NCBI RefSeq assembly: GCF_001194135.2
Contig: NC_069004.1
Location: 18,702,570-18,766,248, forward strand
Origin: Octopus bimaculoides
Taxonomy: Eukaryota
DNA: 63,679 nucleotides
Direction: 5' to 3'
How positions within the stretch are numbered: position 1 is the stretch's first letter; every line of letters starts with the position of its first letter. The translations under genes and the position numbers were made by a program. Of the stretch, positions 26,127 through 38,739 are shown piece by piece. A model generated the notes under the pieces. The model was given only the letters and a program-made list of their open reading frames with translations. It searched no databases and had not been told where the DNA came from.

Positions 26127-26157
26127 CTGTTTCAGGGAGATGGATGGCTCACCATTT
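26127..26157 (-). CDS. Candidate 31-nt exon (NGEPSISLKQ)
   Basis: Strong donor CAG|gttagt; acceptor tattatag with a weak pyrimidine tract. Ends in phase 0, compatible with the 20.8-kb exon. Confidence 0.2.
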
Positions 26158-28721
26158 CTATAATACATGCACATGTCTGAATACCTCTCCCCCTGTCCCC
26201 CTCTGTAGGTGTGTGTGTGAGTGTGTAGACCGACATTTGTCATTTCATTTATGTGTGTGTTTACACACACACACATACATATATACTTATATATATATAT
26301 ATATATTAGATAGATAGATAGATAGATATCTAGAATTTGTGAGCATGTGTATGTCTCTGTTAGTGTGTGTGTGTGTTGGCATCTATAAATGTAAATGCAG
26401 AGTTTCTTGTCTAAAGGGTACTCAACCAGATTTTGATTAGTATGTGTGTGTGTGTGTGTGAATGTACTGCTTTCATAATTTTAAGGACCCCTGTCTTAAG
26501 GACTCAATTATATTTTGTTAATAGGGTTTTGTGTATTTCACAAAGTGTGTGTGTGTGTGTGTTAAATGTAAGGAGAGAAATCATTTTTCTGAAGGGGCAA
26601 ACTAATTTTACTAAGCTTTTGTGTGCACACAGTCATTTTTACAAACAAGCATGTGTGTGTGCATGTGTGTGTGTGTGTGTGTGCATACACATGTATGTCT
26701 ATATGTGTATATATACATGTCTCCTTGTGTGGGTGTCAGCTGACTCAGTGTCTGTAAGAACTTCTATATTAACCAGCAAATGTTTAGAACCACTTGTCTC
26801 ACAACAGACCAGTTTATTGAAGGTCATATGTGGTGTGAATCAAATTTTTTCTTTCTGCCATGTGACAAGATGCCTTCATATTAAACCAATATCAGAGAGC
26901 AAGCTGGCAGAATCATTAGCAGAATGTTAGCTGCATTTCATCTGTCCTTACATTCTGAGTTCAAATTCCATCAAGCTTTACTTTGCCTGTCATGCTTTCA
27001 GGGTCACTAAAATAAGTACCAGTTGGACACTGGGGTTGATGTAGTCGACTTACCCCACCCCCAAAATTGCTGGCCTTGTGCCAAAATTTGAAGCAAGCTG
27101 GGTGGAATGTTTAGAGGCATTTCATGTTCTTTCGTTCTGAGTTCAAATTCTGCCAAAGCTGACTTTGCCTTTCATCCTTTCAGGGTCCAATGTAACTGAC
27201 TTACCCCTTCCCCCCAAATTGCTGGCCTTGTGCCAAAATTTGAAACCAATATCATATCAATATAAAGCGGCATGCTGGCAGAATTGTTACTGCACCAGGC
27301 AATATGCTTAACAGCATTTCATCCATCTTTACATTCCGAGTTCAAATTCCACCAGCATCTACTTTATCTTTCATCCTTTCAGGGTCAATAAATCAAGTAC
27401 CAGCTGAGCATTGGGGTTGAAGTAAATCGACTTACCTCCTCCCCCTCGAAGTTGCTAGCCTTGTGCCAAAGTTTGAAATCAATATCTTATAACAATATCC
27501 TTTTACCATCCACATTATTGTTGTTGTTGCTGCTATTAATGTTGTTTTGAGTTAATAATTGCTCTAAGACATTGGTTCTCAACCAGGGTCCATATAAGAT
27601 TTTGTTGTTAAAATTTATGAACAATAAACTGGTTGAACTTTTTACATTACACAAAATAATTGAATAACTTTTTCATACAATTCCTAATAATATATAATTA
27701 TAAAAATATAATAGAAATTTTGTAAACATCAAATGTCTATGAGGACCCATCTAAGTAAAATAGGAACCAAAAGGGTCCATAGGTTTAAAAATGGTTGAGA
27801 AGAACTATACTAACAGTTTCTGACAAAATTGTTAAGAATATAAGACGTGACCAGGACAGTTCTGGAATCTAGACTGAATCAGGCAGATTCTGCAGAAGAA
27901 ATGTTCATGGTTCAATGGAGAGGAAGGTGGAGTGCAGAAAGCAAGATGAAGCAAGTGAGGCCCCTTGGTCATCTAAAGTATGAATTTCCATTCCCAGTCA
28001 CCTTGACCTGGTCAAGCTTCAATGCTCGTTTTCGCAGGGTTTATGCAGTTGGATGCCCTTTATAATGTCACCCACACTACAGAGTAGACAGAGTGCTTTC
28101 TCTGTAGTACCAGCACCTGAGAGGTTGTCTAGGAACATGCAAGACAAAGAAAAAGTGTACCTTGACTGAATGGGGGAGAGGGGTTGGAGTAGAGAGTAAG
28201 GTGGCTTTATGTCAGGTGTTGATGGATTAAAACATGATGACTGGCACTCCATTGGCTACGAAAATGAGGGTTCCAGTTGATCCAATTGACGGAACAGCCT
28301 GCTTGTGAAAATTAATGTACAAATGGCTTAACACTCTACAGACATGCATTCCCTTAAGGTAACTCTCAGAGAGATTCAGCATGACATGGAATGTGACAAG
28401 GCTGACCCTTTGAATTACAGGTACAACTCATTTTGGCCAGCTGAGTGGACTGGAGTAATGTGAAACAAGACATCTTGCTCAAGGACACAATGCACCACCA
28501 GGTATTGAACTCACAACCATTCAACTGTGAGCCAAATACCCTAACCGCTAAGCCATGCACCTTCACTTGATAAAGGGACAGGTGCAGGTATTTGGCTATA
28601 GAGGAGATAAATGGTTACCCTACATAATATAAGGGTGGATGGGGGTAACTGGAAAGAAGTCAATGACGGTAGTGATAAGGGGCCACAGCATATTCTCAGA
28701 GTACATGTATATGAAGTAGGA

Positions 28722-29039
28722 GCACTCCGTCGGTTATGATGACGAGGGTCCCAGCTGATTCGATCAATGGAACAGCTTGCTCGTGAAATTAACGTGCAAG
28801 TGGCTGAGCATTCCACAGACACATGTACCCCCAACGTAGTTCTCAGGGAGATTCAGTGTGACACAGAGTGTAACAAGGCCAGCCCTTTGAAATACAGGTA
28901 CTACTCATTTTTGCCAGCTGAGTGGACTGGAGCAATGTGAAATAAAGTGTCTTGCTCAAGGACACAACGCGTCGCCGAGAATTGAACTCAAGACCTTACG
29001 ACCATGAGCCGAATGCCCTAACCACTAAGCCACGTGCCT
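28722..29039 (-). mobile_element. tRNA-headed SINE family C with MetaSINE-like central domain (well-preserved copy)
   Basis: Head GGCACGTGGCTTAGTGGTTAGGG...GAGTTCAATTC, then TTGTGTCCTTGAGCAAGACACTTTATTTCACATTGCTCCAGTCCACTCAGCTG. Related copies at 17650-18000(-), 18310-18660(-, different body), 18690-18995(-), 28250-28565(-), 36255-36585(-), 39605-39780 and 61745-61870. Confidence 0.85.
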
Positions 29040-30199
29040 AAGAGAGAATATAGACAAAATCATAAAGGGTCAGTGGGTAAGTTCATAAGAGTATTAGGGA
29101 ACAGTAATAAATGCTTAATGATGTATGTAAGAGTGGATACAGAGAATCCTGAAAAAGGGTGGAGTGAAAATTCATTAATTTTTTCTTACAAGAGACGTAT
29201 CCTCGCAAGTTCTTACGAATTTATAAATTAAACCCTGTCTACTAAAAAGGTTCTTTCTCACTACTTTATATGGATGCTCAACAAGCTAGAAATAACAGCC
29301 AAATTCTTGTGAATCAGATCAAACCATATGTAAATAAGAAGGTATATTAGATAATGGAGCCCTATATACACAGAAAGAGACGAAAATTTTAAGCAAAGCA
29401 GATTTGTGGATACAAAAAAACACAACAACAGCACGTCACTGAACAGCAAAACTGCAGTCTACTGCACACCACTGCAGTCTTCAACACACTGCTGCACAAC
29501 TTTCACTATAATCTATGAGATACCATGACTACAGAAATCATTAAAAGGTCATTGGCTCTCTCATTCTACTTTACGGGATGAACAATAGAATACTTTAGAC
29601 ACACACACACACACGTGTGTGTGTGTGTATATATATACATGCACATATAAATATATATATAGGTCACTGGCTATATATATATAGTTTATATGCATATATA
29701 TATATATATACATACATATATAGTTTATATGCATATATCATCATCATCGTTTAACATCCGCTTTATATATATATATATATATATATATAGTTTATATATA
29801 TATATATATATATATANNNNNNNNNNNNNNNNNNNNNNNNNNNNNNNNNNNNNNNNNNNNNNNNNNNNNNNNNNNNNNNNNNNNNNNNNNNNNNNNNNNN
29901 NNNNNNNNNNNNNNNNNNNNNNNNNNNNNNNNNNNNNNNNNNNNNNNNNNNNNNNNNNNNNNNNNNNNNNNNNNNNNNNNNNNNNNNNNNNNNNNNNNNN
30001 NNNNNNNNNNNNNNNNNNNNNNNNNNNNNNNNNNNNNNNNNNNNNNNNNNNNNNNNNNNNNNNNNNNNNNNNNNNNNCTAGTAATTATTCTATTGAACTT
30101 TCTAACCAAACCACTAATTTTGGGGACATAAACACACCAGCATCGGTTGCCAAGCAATGCTAGGAGGACAAACACAGACACACAAACATACACACACAT

Positions 30200-30250
<51 letters not shown>

Positions 30251-30344
30251 CATATATATGACAGGCTTCTTTCAGTTTCCATCTACCAAATCCACTTACA
30301 AGGCTTAGGTCGGCCTGAGGCTATAGTAGAAGACACTCAGCTTA

Positions 30345-30865
30345 CTCAAGAAATGAAGAGGCATGATGTTATTGTGCGATTTATAAAAGTTGCCATAGCT
30401 TTCGTCTACAAAGTTTGTAAGGAGCTAGAAACAGAAGATGGAAATGTATCACCAGTATCAAAGCATAAAAAGCATTGTAAATGTTCTGAAGCCATCAGAA
30501 CACCTGAATTTATCCAGCAAGTTCAACAGACCATTGATTACAATCCGAGAAAGTCCATGAGGTTAATTGCAAAAGATCTCTGTGTTAGAAGGAACAGTCA
30601 GAAATGTTGTCCACGGAGACATCAGATATAAATCTTATATGACAAGGACAGGTCATTTTGTCAGAAAAAGCAAAAGAAAATCACTACATCGGATCTAAAA
30701 GGCTTTTAAACAAACTGAAAAATCCGGCAGAAGGAGATTTGATTTGGTTCTTCTCAAACAAGAAAAACCTCGACCAAGATCAAAAAGTTAACAGAAGAAA
30801 TGACAGATGGTTATGTGGAGACCCTTCTGAAGTTCCAAGTGTTACGCATACAAAACAAATGTCTT
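30345..30865 (+). mobile_element. IS630-Tc1-mariner transposase fragment, maT/DD37D-like
   Basis: IRTPEFIQQVQQTIDYNPRKSMRLIAKDL (HTH region) and LLNKLKN...WFFSNKKNLDQDQKVNRRNDRWLCGDPSEVP (first catalytic D region of the WFFSDEKNF type); frameshifted, no TIRs seen. Confidence 0.8.
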
Positions 30866-30978
30866 ATAAACATCTCTCACACTGCAATTGTTTTTGTTTC
30901 AGCACATGATCTCAGATCAAGTCACTTGCTATGCAAGTACATCTCTGTAACATATATATATATATATATATATATATA

Positions 30979-31694
30979 NNNNNNNNNNNNNNNNNNNNNN
31001 NNNNNNNNNNNNNNNNNNNNNNNNNNNNNNNNNNNNNNNNNNNNNNNNNNNNNNNNNNNNNNNNNNNNNNNNNNNNNNNNNNNNNNNNNNNNNNNNNNNN
31101 NNNNNNNNNNNNNNNNNNNNNNNNNNNNNNNNNNNNNNNNNNNNNNNNNNNNNNNNNNNNNNNNNNNNNNNNNNNNNNNNNNNNNNNNNNNNNNNNNNNN
31201 NNNNNNNNNNNNNNNNNNNNNNNNNNNNNNNNNNNNNNNNNNNNNNNNNNNNNNNNNNNNNNNNNNNNNNNNNNNNNNNNNNNNNNNNNNNNNNNNNNNN
31301 NNNNNNNNNNNNNNNNNNNNNNNNNNNNNNNNNNNNNNNNNNNNNNNNNNNNNNNNNNNNNNNNNNNNNNNNNNNNNNNNNNNNNNNNNNNNNNNNNNNN
31401 NNNNNNNNNNNNNNNNNNNNNNNNNNNNNNNNNNNNNNNNNNNNNNNNNNNNNNNNNNNNNNNNNNNNNNNNNNNNNNNNNNNNNNNNNNNNNNNNNNNN
31501 NNNNNNNNNNNNNNNNNNNNNNNNNNNNNNNNNNNNNNNNNNNNNNNNNNNNNNNNNNNNNNNNNNNNNNNNNNNNNNNNNNNNNNNNNNNNNNNNNNNN
31601 NNNNNNNNNNNNNNNNNNNNNNNNNNNNNNNNNNNNNNNNNNNNNNNNNNNNNNNNNNNNNNNNNNNNNNNNNNNNNNNNNNNNNNNNNNNNNN
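30979..31694. other. Assembly gap (example). Other N runs at about 1154-1450, 2245-2257, 4029-4653, 9672-9771, 12199-12791, 19087-19096, 29817-30077, 32233-32718, 43993-44024, 45822-46004, 52684-53176, 59015-59383 and 59901-60512
   Basis: Runs of N, mostly flanked by (TA)n or other tandem repeats. Confidence 0.99.
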
Positions 31695-31823
31695 TATATA
31701 TATATATATGTTGTTGTACTTGGGGATGGTCATATTGCCAGTTTAGCCAATAAAAACACACGCACTGTATATTTGGTGTTAATTTGCTTCAGCTTTATAT
31801 TACATTAATCTTAATCTTATTTC

Positions 31824-31867
31824 GGCCAGAGTTCTTTCGTCACACTTCTGTGACCTCATCAGTGGTC
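31824..31867 (-). ncRNA. Minimal type I hammerhead ribozyme motif (mirror copy)
   Basis: Exact reverse complement of 32094-32137, within the left arm of the fold-back. Confidence 0.7.
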
Positions 31868-32093
31868 CTTTGTTTCCTTCCTTCTTATGTGTGTCTCACC
31901 TTGCTAACTATCAGCCATTTTGTATTTTGTATTCCTATTGTATGTGTCTACGCATGCGTGTCCTTCAATGTGTCTGTGTCTTTTGTAAGTGCATGTGTGT
32001 ATGGGGAGTGTCTGTATCACCTATATTCTCTGTTAATACAGAGTATATAGGTGATACAGACACTCCCCATACATAAGAAGGAAGGAAACAAAG

Positions 32094-32137
32094 GACCACT
32101 GATGAGGTCACAGAAGTGTGACGAAAGAACTCTGGCC
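32094..32137 (+). ncRNA. Minimal type I hammerhead ribozyme motif
   Basis: GACCA-CUGAUGA-G-[GUCAC-AGAAGU-GUGAC]-GAAA-G-AA-CUC^UGGCC: intact core, 5-bp stem II, very short stem III, CUC triplet, CCA/UGG stem I. Activity untested. Confidence 0.7.
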
Positions 32138-32718
32138 GAAATAAGATTAAGATTAATGTAATATAAAGCTGAAGCAAATTAACACCAAATATACAGTGCA
32201 TGTGTTTTTATTGGCTAAACTGGCAATATGACNNNNNNNNNNNNNNNNNNNNNNNNNNNNNNNNNNNNNNNNNNNNNNNNNNNNNNNNNNNNNNNNNNNN
32301 NNNNNNNNNNNNNNNNNNNNNNNNNNNNNNNNNNNNNNNNNNNNNNNNNNNNNNNNNNNNNNNNNNNNNNNNNNNNNNNNNNNNNNNNNNNNNNNNNNNN
32401 NNNNNNNNNNNNNNNNNNNNNNNNNNNNNNNNNNNNNNNNNNNNNNNNNNNNNNNNNNNNNNNNNNNNNNNNNNNNNNNNNNNNNNNNNNNNNNNNNNNN
32501 NNNNNNNNNNNNNNNNNNNNNNNNNNNNNNNNNNNNNNNNNNNNNNNNNNNNNNNNNNNNNNNNNNNNNNNNNNNNNNNNNNNNNNNNNNNNNNNNNNNN
32601 NNNNNNNNNNNNNNNNNNNNNNNNNNNNNNNNNNNNNNNNNNNNNNNNNNNNNNNNNNNNNNNNNNNNNNNNNNNNNNNNNNNNNNNNNNNNNNNNNNNN
32701 NNNNNNNNNNNNNNNNNN

Positions 32719-32775
<57 letters not shown>

Positions 32776-34509
32776 TAAATAATATATAAATATATGCATA
32801 AATCCATACATATATGTACATAGCTACATCTATATGTATACATACATGCATATATGGGTACAGGACATAAAAAAAAAACGATATATATATATAAACCAAT
32901 AACACACTTATTCAGGTAATTTAAAAAAAAAAGAAACAACAGAGATTAACAAAATAAGTACCAGTAATATACTGAGTCAAATCATTATCTGACCTTGTGC
33001 CAAAGCTAGAAATCAATATCATCACCATCATTGTTGCTGTTGTTGTTGATGTTAAAGCTAGTGAGCTGGCAGAATCGTTAAGCACAGCAGACAAAATCCT
33101 TAGCAGTACTAAGTCCACCTTTATGCTCTGAGTTTTAATTCCACTGAGGTTGATTTTGTCTCACATCCTTTCAGGGTTAATAATTTAAGTACTAGTTAAG
33201 TGCTGGGGTTGATGTAATTGACTAGACCTCTCCCCACAAATTTCAGGAATTGTGCCTATAGTAGAAAGCATTATCATTATTAAGGCAACACAGTGACCTT
33301 GCAGCACTGTTGCTTAGTGGCATTTCATTCATATTATGTTCTGAGTTCAAATTTCACCGAGGTTGACTTTGCCTTTCATCCTTTCAAGGTTGATAAAATA
33401 AGTACCTGTTGAGTACTGGGGGTCAATGTAATCAACTTCACCTGAAATTGCTGGCCTGGTGCCAAAATTTGAAATCTTCATTTTTATTATCATTATTGTT
33501 ATTAAGGTAGCAAGCTGCTAGAATAGACAGCATGTCAGACAAAATGTTCAGTGGCATTTCTTCTGACTCATTACACTTTGAGCTCTCATCCCACCACGGT
33601 CAGCATGGTCTTTCTAATTTTAGCACAAAGCCAGCAATTTTGAGGCAAGTAAGATAAAGGATTACATTGACTTCAGTGTTGACTGGTATTCATTTAATTG
33701 ACACTGAACAAATGAAAGTTAAAGCCAACTTTGGCAGAATTTGAACTCGGAACGTAAAGGGCCACTATGAATTTTGTCCAGTGTACTCACAATTCTGCTA
33801 GCATGCCAATAATAGTTTCTGGTTTTGAAGCAAAACATGTAATTTTGAAGGTGTGAGTTTAGTCGATTACACTGAACCCAGTACATGACTGGTATTTTAT
33901 TTTAAAAGACATTCAAGCGAGATCGTTGCCAGTGTTGCCGAACTGGCTCCTGTGCAGGTGGCACATAAAACACACCATTTTGAGTGTAGCTGTTGCCAGT
34001 ACCACCTGACTGGCCTTCGTGCCGGTGGCATGTAAAAGCACCCACTACACTCTCGGAGTGGTTGGCAGCTGTAGAAACTCTGCCAAATCAGATTGGAGCC
34101 TGGTGTAGCCATCTGGTTCACCAGTCCTCAGTCAAATTGTCCAACCCATGCTAGCATGGAAAGCGGACGTTAAACGACGATGATGATGATGACTTCAAAA
34201 GGATGACAGGCAAAGTTGGACCTCAAAGGAATCTGAACTCAGAGTGTAAAGAATTCGAAACAAATACTGGAAAATATTTACCCCAACACCACCAATGTGT
34301 CTGTCACCCATGATGATAATGGTGATGATGATGGTTTCTGAATTTTGAGCACAAGGATAGCAGTTTTGGGGAAGAGGATATGTCAATTACATTGACCCCC
34401 AGGATTAAAGGCAAAGTTGACCTCAACACAATTTGAGCTTAGAACATAAAGATGGACAAAATACCACTAAACATTTTGCTCAGTGTGCTTATGATTCTGC
34501 CAGTTATTA

Positions 34510-34556
<47 letters not shown>

Positions 34557-35559
34557 CATAACAATGATTATAATTATGGTTATAATAATAAATTGCAAAT
34601 TAACATTTTGTTTGTTTGTTTCTTTCTCTATAACATAATCATTTCTGGAAACAAGCTTCATCAGCTGATTTTATCACGAGATTTACTCATCTCATATACA
34701 TACATTTATACACTCAGAAACTTATATATTTACATACACAGAGTCAGAGGCAACTTGACAAAAGTACATACACACATACAGACACACTACAAAAAAAATA
34801 TACAGAGGCACACATTCACTGAGAAGCATACACATACACAAACAGAGGTACATACACATTTATCATCATCATCATCGTTTAACATCTGTTTTCCATGCTG
34901 GCATGAGTTGGACGTTTTGACTGAGGTCTGGAGAACCAGCAGCTGCACCAGGCTCCAATCTGATCATTTATACACAGAAAAAAAAACACACACACTTAGA
35001 GAGGCACATGCACAAGCATGAAGACCAACACAAACACACACAGAAATGAAGATACAAGTAACATATACAAACAAACACACACACAGAAGTACACATATAA
35101 ACACACATATTACACATAGAGAAACACATACATATGCAAGCACCAACCCCATTCTATCCTAACACATAAAATATAATTTAATTGACCCTAAAACTGGAAC
35201 TCATTAACATTTACAGCTTCTATTTAAACTTCAACTAAAGATATAATTAATTAATTACTTAATTAATTAATTAATTAATTTCTACTTATTAAATGCAGAG
35301 GTAAAATTTGCTGAATGGGTAAAATATTTGACAGAGTAACCCACAAGTCATCAGTTCAAACCTGGCATTAGGACTATGTTGTCACAAGGACACAACCCTG
35401 TGTATTCTGCTTTGGCTCAATTCAGAACTAACTGACTTATGGATCACCTCAGCCATGACCAGCCCATCTGTTTTTTGCAAGGCTGTCATATATAAATATT
35501 GGACTGCATTCTCAACAAAGTCTTTTATTTGATTTGCTGTGTCTATAGACATACCAGGC

Positions 35560-35990
35560 TAATATGCTTTCTTCCCTGTTGTAAGGAGTTGAAACCTGGA
35601 CAGTTTATAAAGCTTAAGTGGACACAAGTTACATACATATATGATGGGACAGCTGAGACAGATCACGAATAACATTCTATTTGACAAAATCAAGAATGAA
35701 GAAATCCCCTGGTGTGCTCTTCTGCCTCCTCATGATGGAAATCCTCGTTGATAGAAATCTACGTTGGTTGAGACACATACACAGGATGGACAACAGACTC
35801 CCCAGATAAATAAAATCTTTACTCCCAGCTAAGCAAGGGGAAAAGAAACCATGGAAGATCTAGACTGAGATTCAAAGATACTGCAAAAAGGAATATGAAG
35901 TGGGAAGGAATTGATTATGGTAAATGGCAAACTCAAGTGAAAAAATTGACCAATATGGTGAAAGCTTATCAAGTCACACCAAAGCCATGA
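35560..35990 (+). mobile_element. RTE (BovB-like) LINE ORF2 C-terminal fragment
   Basis: Across frameshifts: LRQI...DKIKNEEI, MEILVDRNLRWLRHIHRMDNRLPR, GKR..GRSRLRFKDT.K-like motifs. Confidence 0.75.
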
Positions 35991-38276
35991 ACAATCATAG
36001 TTGTGATGACTGATGCAAATAGACAAAGAGCTGGGTCTGGAGGAAGAGGTAATGCCTATAGCCTTTGTAACCCTCCAAGACAGGTGAGATTAATGTTGTT
36101 AATGTCCCACTTAAACTATATGAAGTTGATTCCTGCGAGAAAGACATGTGCATGAAAGAGTTCCAAAGGAAAGAACAGAGTTCAGAAATGGTACAAAATG
36201 ATCCAGCCTTAAGGAGCAGTAGAAAAAACAGAGAGAAAGAGAAAGAACTTACAGCATTTGGCACTCCATCAGTTATGATGCTGAGGGTTCCAGTCAATCT
36301 GATCAACAGAATGGCCTGTTTGTGAAATTAACGGGCAAGTGGCTGAGTAGTCCACAGACATGCATAGCATTAACATAATTCTCAAAGAGAATTCAGAATG
36401 ACACTGAATGTGACATGACTGACCCATTGAATTAGAGGTACAACTCACTTTTGCCAGCTGAGTGGACTGGTGCAATGTGAAATAAAGCATCTTGCTCAAG
36501 GATAAAACACATTGCTGAGGATTGAACTCATGACCTTACAATTGTGAGTCAAATACCCTTAACCATTAAGCCACATGCCTTCACATACAACAAACCTGTA
36601 TTATAGAGACTGGAGTGTATCTGTGAGTTATTTTATGCCAATGAGTCAAGTGACATGTCCAGGCTGGCCGTGTGCAGCTGAAGCAATGTCCCAAATGTTA
36701 AATTTGTGAAAGATTTTGCAATTTCTGGCAAGTCAGACAATCACAGAGAACTTCCTCTTTCATATACCACTGTAGTCTGTAGAAAGAAATGAGAACCAGA
36801 GCAATTTCATCAGGTTACCTGTGATACACCATCGGTATAAGTAGGAGGAGTTTTCCCCAAATAATTAACAGGTTATTTTCTCAACTGTGTCAAATAAGTT
36901 ATTATTGTTGTTGTTGTTTAAACCAAGGAGACTTTTAATATGCAGATCCTTTCATCAAAGGTATTCCAACCAATAACCATCCCATTTACAAAGAATACAG
37001 ACTTCATTATCCAATATGTTTTTCCTTTCTTTCGGATAACTACGATGTGATTGAGATGGCAGGGGAGACAGAGAGTTGGCTGCTGTTTCTAGCAGATCAA
37101 GCAATTGCATAGAGCTTCACTTGTAATTGGTTTCAAATTTTGGCACAAGGCCAGCAATTTTGGGGAAGGGGCTAAGATGATTAAATTGACACTAGGCCAA
37201 CCCCAGCAGCATTTGAACCCACAATGTAAAGATAAATAAAATGCTGCTAAGCATTTTGCCCAGCATGCTAACAATTCAGCCAGCTCACTATCTTAATTAA
37301 TAATTAACAGATTAATTAATTAATTAATCTGATGAACAGCGAACAGCCCTATTAATGAACACTGAAAAGATTCGACTGTTTCCACAAGCATTTAACAAGG
37401 AATGTAAGTAGCAAGTCAACCCGGATTCATTAAATGTTTCAGCATTTAAACTGACCATAACCAGTCCAAATATCCTACCTGCTTTATAGTCAAACCAGCC
37501 AGATCTGGCTTCTTACACCTGTCCTACAATGTCATTCTAAAAACAATCACATCATTGAAATCTCAAAGCTATGAGATAATGCATGATTAATTCAAAACAG
37601 TCTGGATAAACAAGCATTACATTTGACAGAGTAACCTGAATGTTAAAGGGTTAACTTCCAGCTGCGACCACCTTTGCCTTTTTTATTTTTTTCAGACATA
37701 GTATATCTTGGATTACATCATTTAATGTATTTTTCCCTGATGAAAATCGCATGGAGTGATTTGAGGGAAATATGATTGCTATTTCTAGCAGATTAAATGA
37801 CCATGTAGGGGCTTCTCTGATAGCTCATTCACAATTAACAAACAGGTTGACAATTCTGGCAATAAGAAGAGTAAAAAAAAAAATTAAAAAAAAAAAAAAG
37901 AATTAATAAGTTAATTGATTTGCTTTACATATTAACTGTTCTCACAAACAAACAGTTAACAAGTTAATTACTCTGACAATCAGGTAACAAGTGAAATATC
38001 CAGGCAATCAGCTGAATGGCTATTCTGGCAAATAATACTGCATTTGCAAGAAGACTGAGGAATATTATACATAGATGTGCCAAGACAAAATTACGTGGTC
38101 GTTCAAGCTGGTCTCTTATAATCTCATGGAATTTCTCTCTTCCTTATTAACTGATTTGTAGCTGACATTTCTCCGCTAACTATCGCAGAGGTGCATTGAA
38201 CCGTGACTTTTTAATTGCAGCGCTTTCTCTCAAAAGACGTATCGACAAATTTATCTGTTTGTTCAAGTGTACTTAC

Positions 38277-38304
38277 ACCGAGGAAGACGATCTCAAGGTG
38301 TGTG
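38277..38304 (-). CDS. Candidate 28-nt exon
   Basis: Acceptor ttgttgacctatactcag and consensus donor GGT|gtaagt. Two frames open (THLEIVFLG or HTLRSSSS). Confidence 0.2.
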
Positions 38305-38606
38305 CTGAGTATAGGTCAACAAGTTATTAACTTTTTATCAGAACAGTGGATGAGCGGTTAGTGGCACGGTGTTACTAGATCAAAGAACACCAGTTCAAAT
38401 CTTGCAACAGACAGCATCACCACATGTCCAACATTGATATTTTATTCAAAAGAAGTCCATTAATCCAAATTTGGGAAATAGATATTTACAGCTATTCTTC
38501 AGTACACATACAAACACACACAAATATATACAACAGTTGAAACGGTCATTGTACTGAATAAAGATGAGTGTTAAATCTATCTTCCGTTTCCTTCATCGAT
38601 TATTAT

Positions 38607-38739
<133 letters not shown>

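Larger units (their letters stand above)
31729..32232. repeat. Fold-back inverted repeat (162-bp outer stem plus 36-bp inner stem), probably a Penelope-type inverted pLTR
   Basis: 31729-31890 is the reverse complement of 32071-32232 with one mismatch (31761/32200). 31998-32033 pairs with 32038-32073 with one mismatch and a TAAT loop. About 110 nt are looped out of the left arm. Confidence 0.95.

Noticed and set aside
28960-29039. tRNA gene
   Set aside because: A/B boxes and an anticodon-like arm are present, but there is no 3' acceptor stem. It runs straight into a SINE body repeated many times in the window.
37325-37385. Hammerhead-like CTGATGA...GAAA
   Set aside because: Stem II register does not abut GAAA, and no stem I/III pairing or NUH site could be built; at best a decayed motif.
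37730-37775. CTGATGA followed by a hairpin (AAATCGC/GTGATTT)
   Set aside because: Followed by GAGG rather than GAAA; an ordinary hairpin within repeat-derived sequence.
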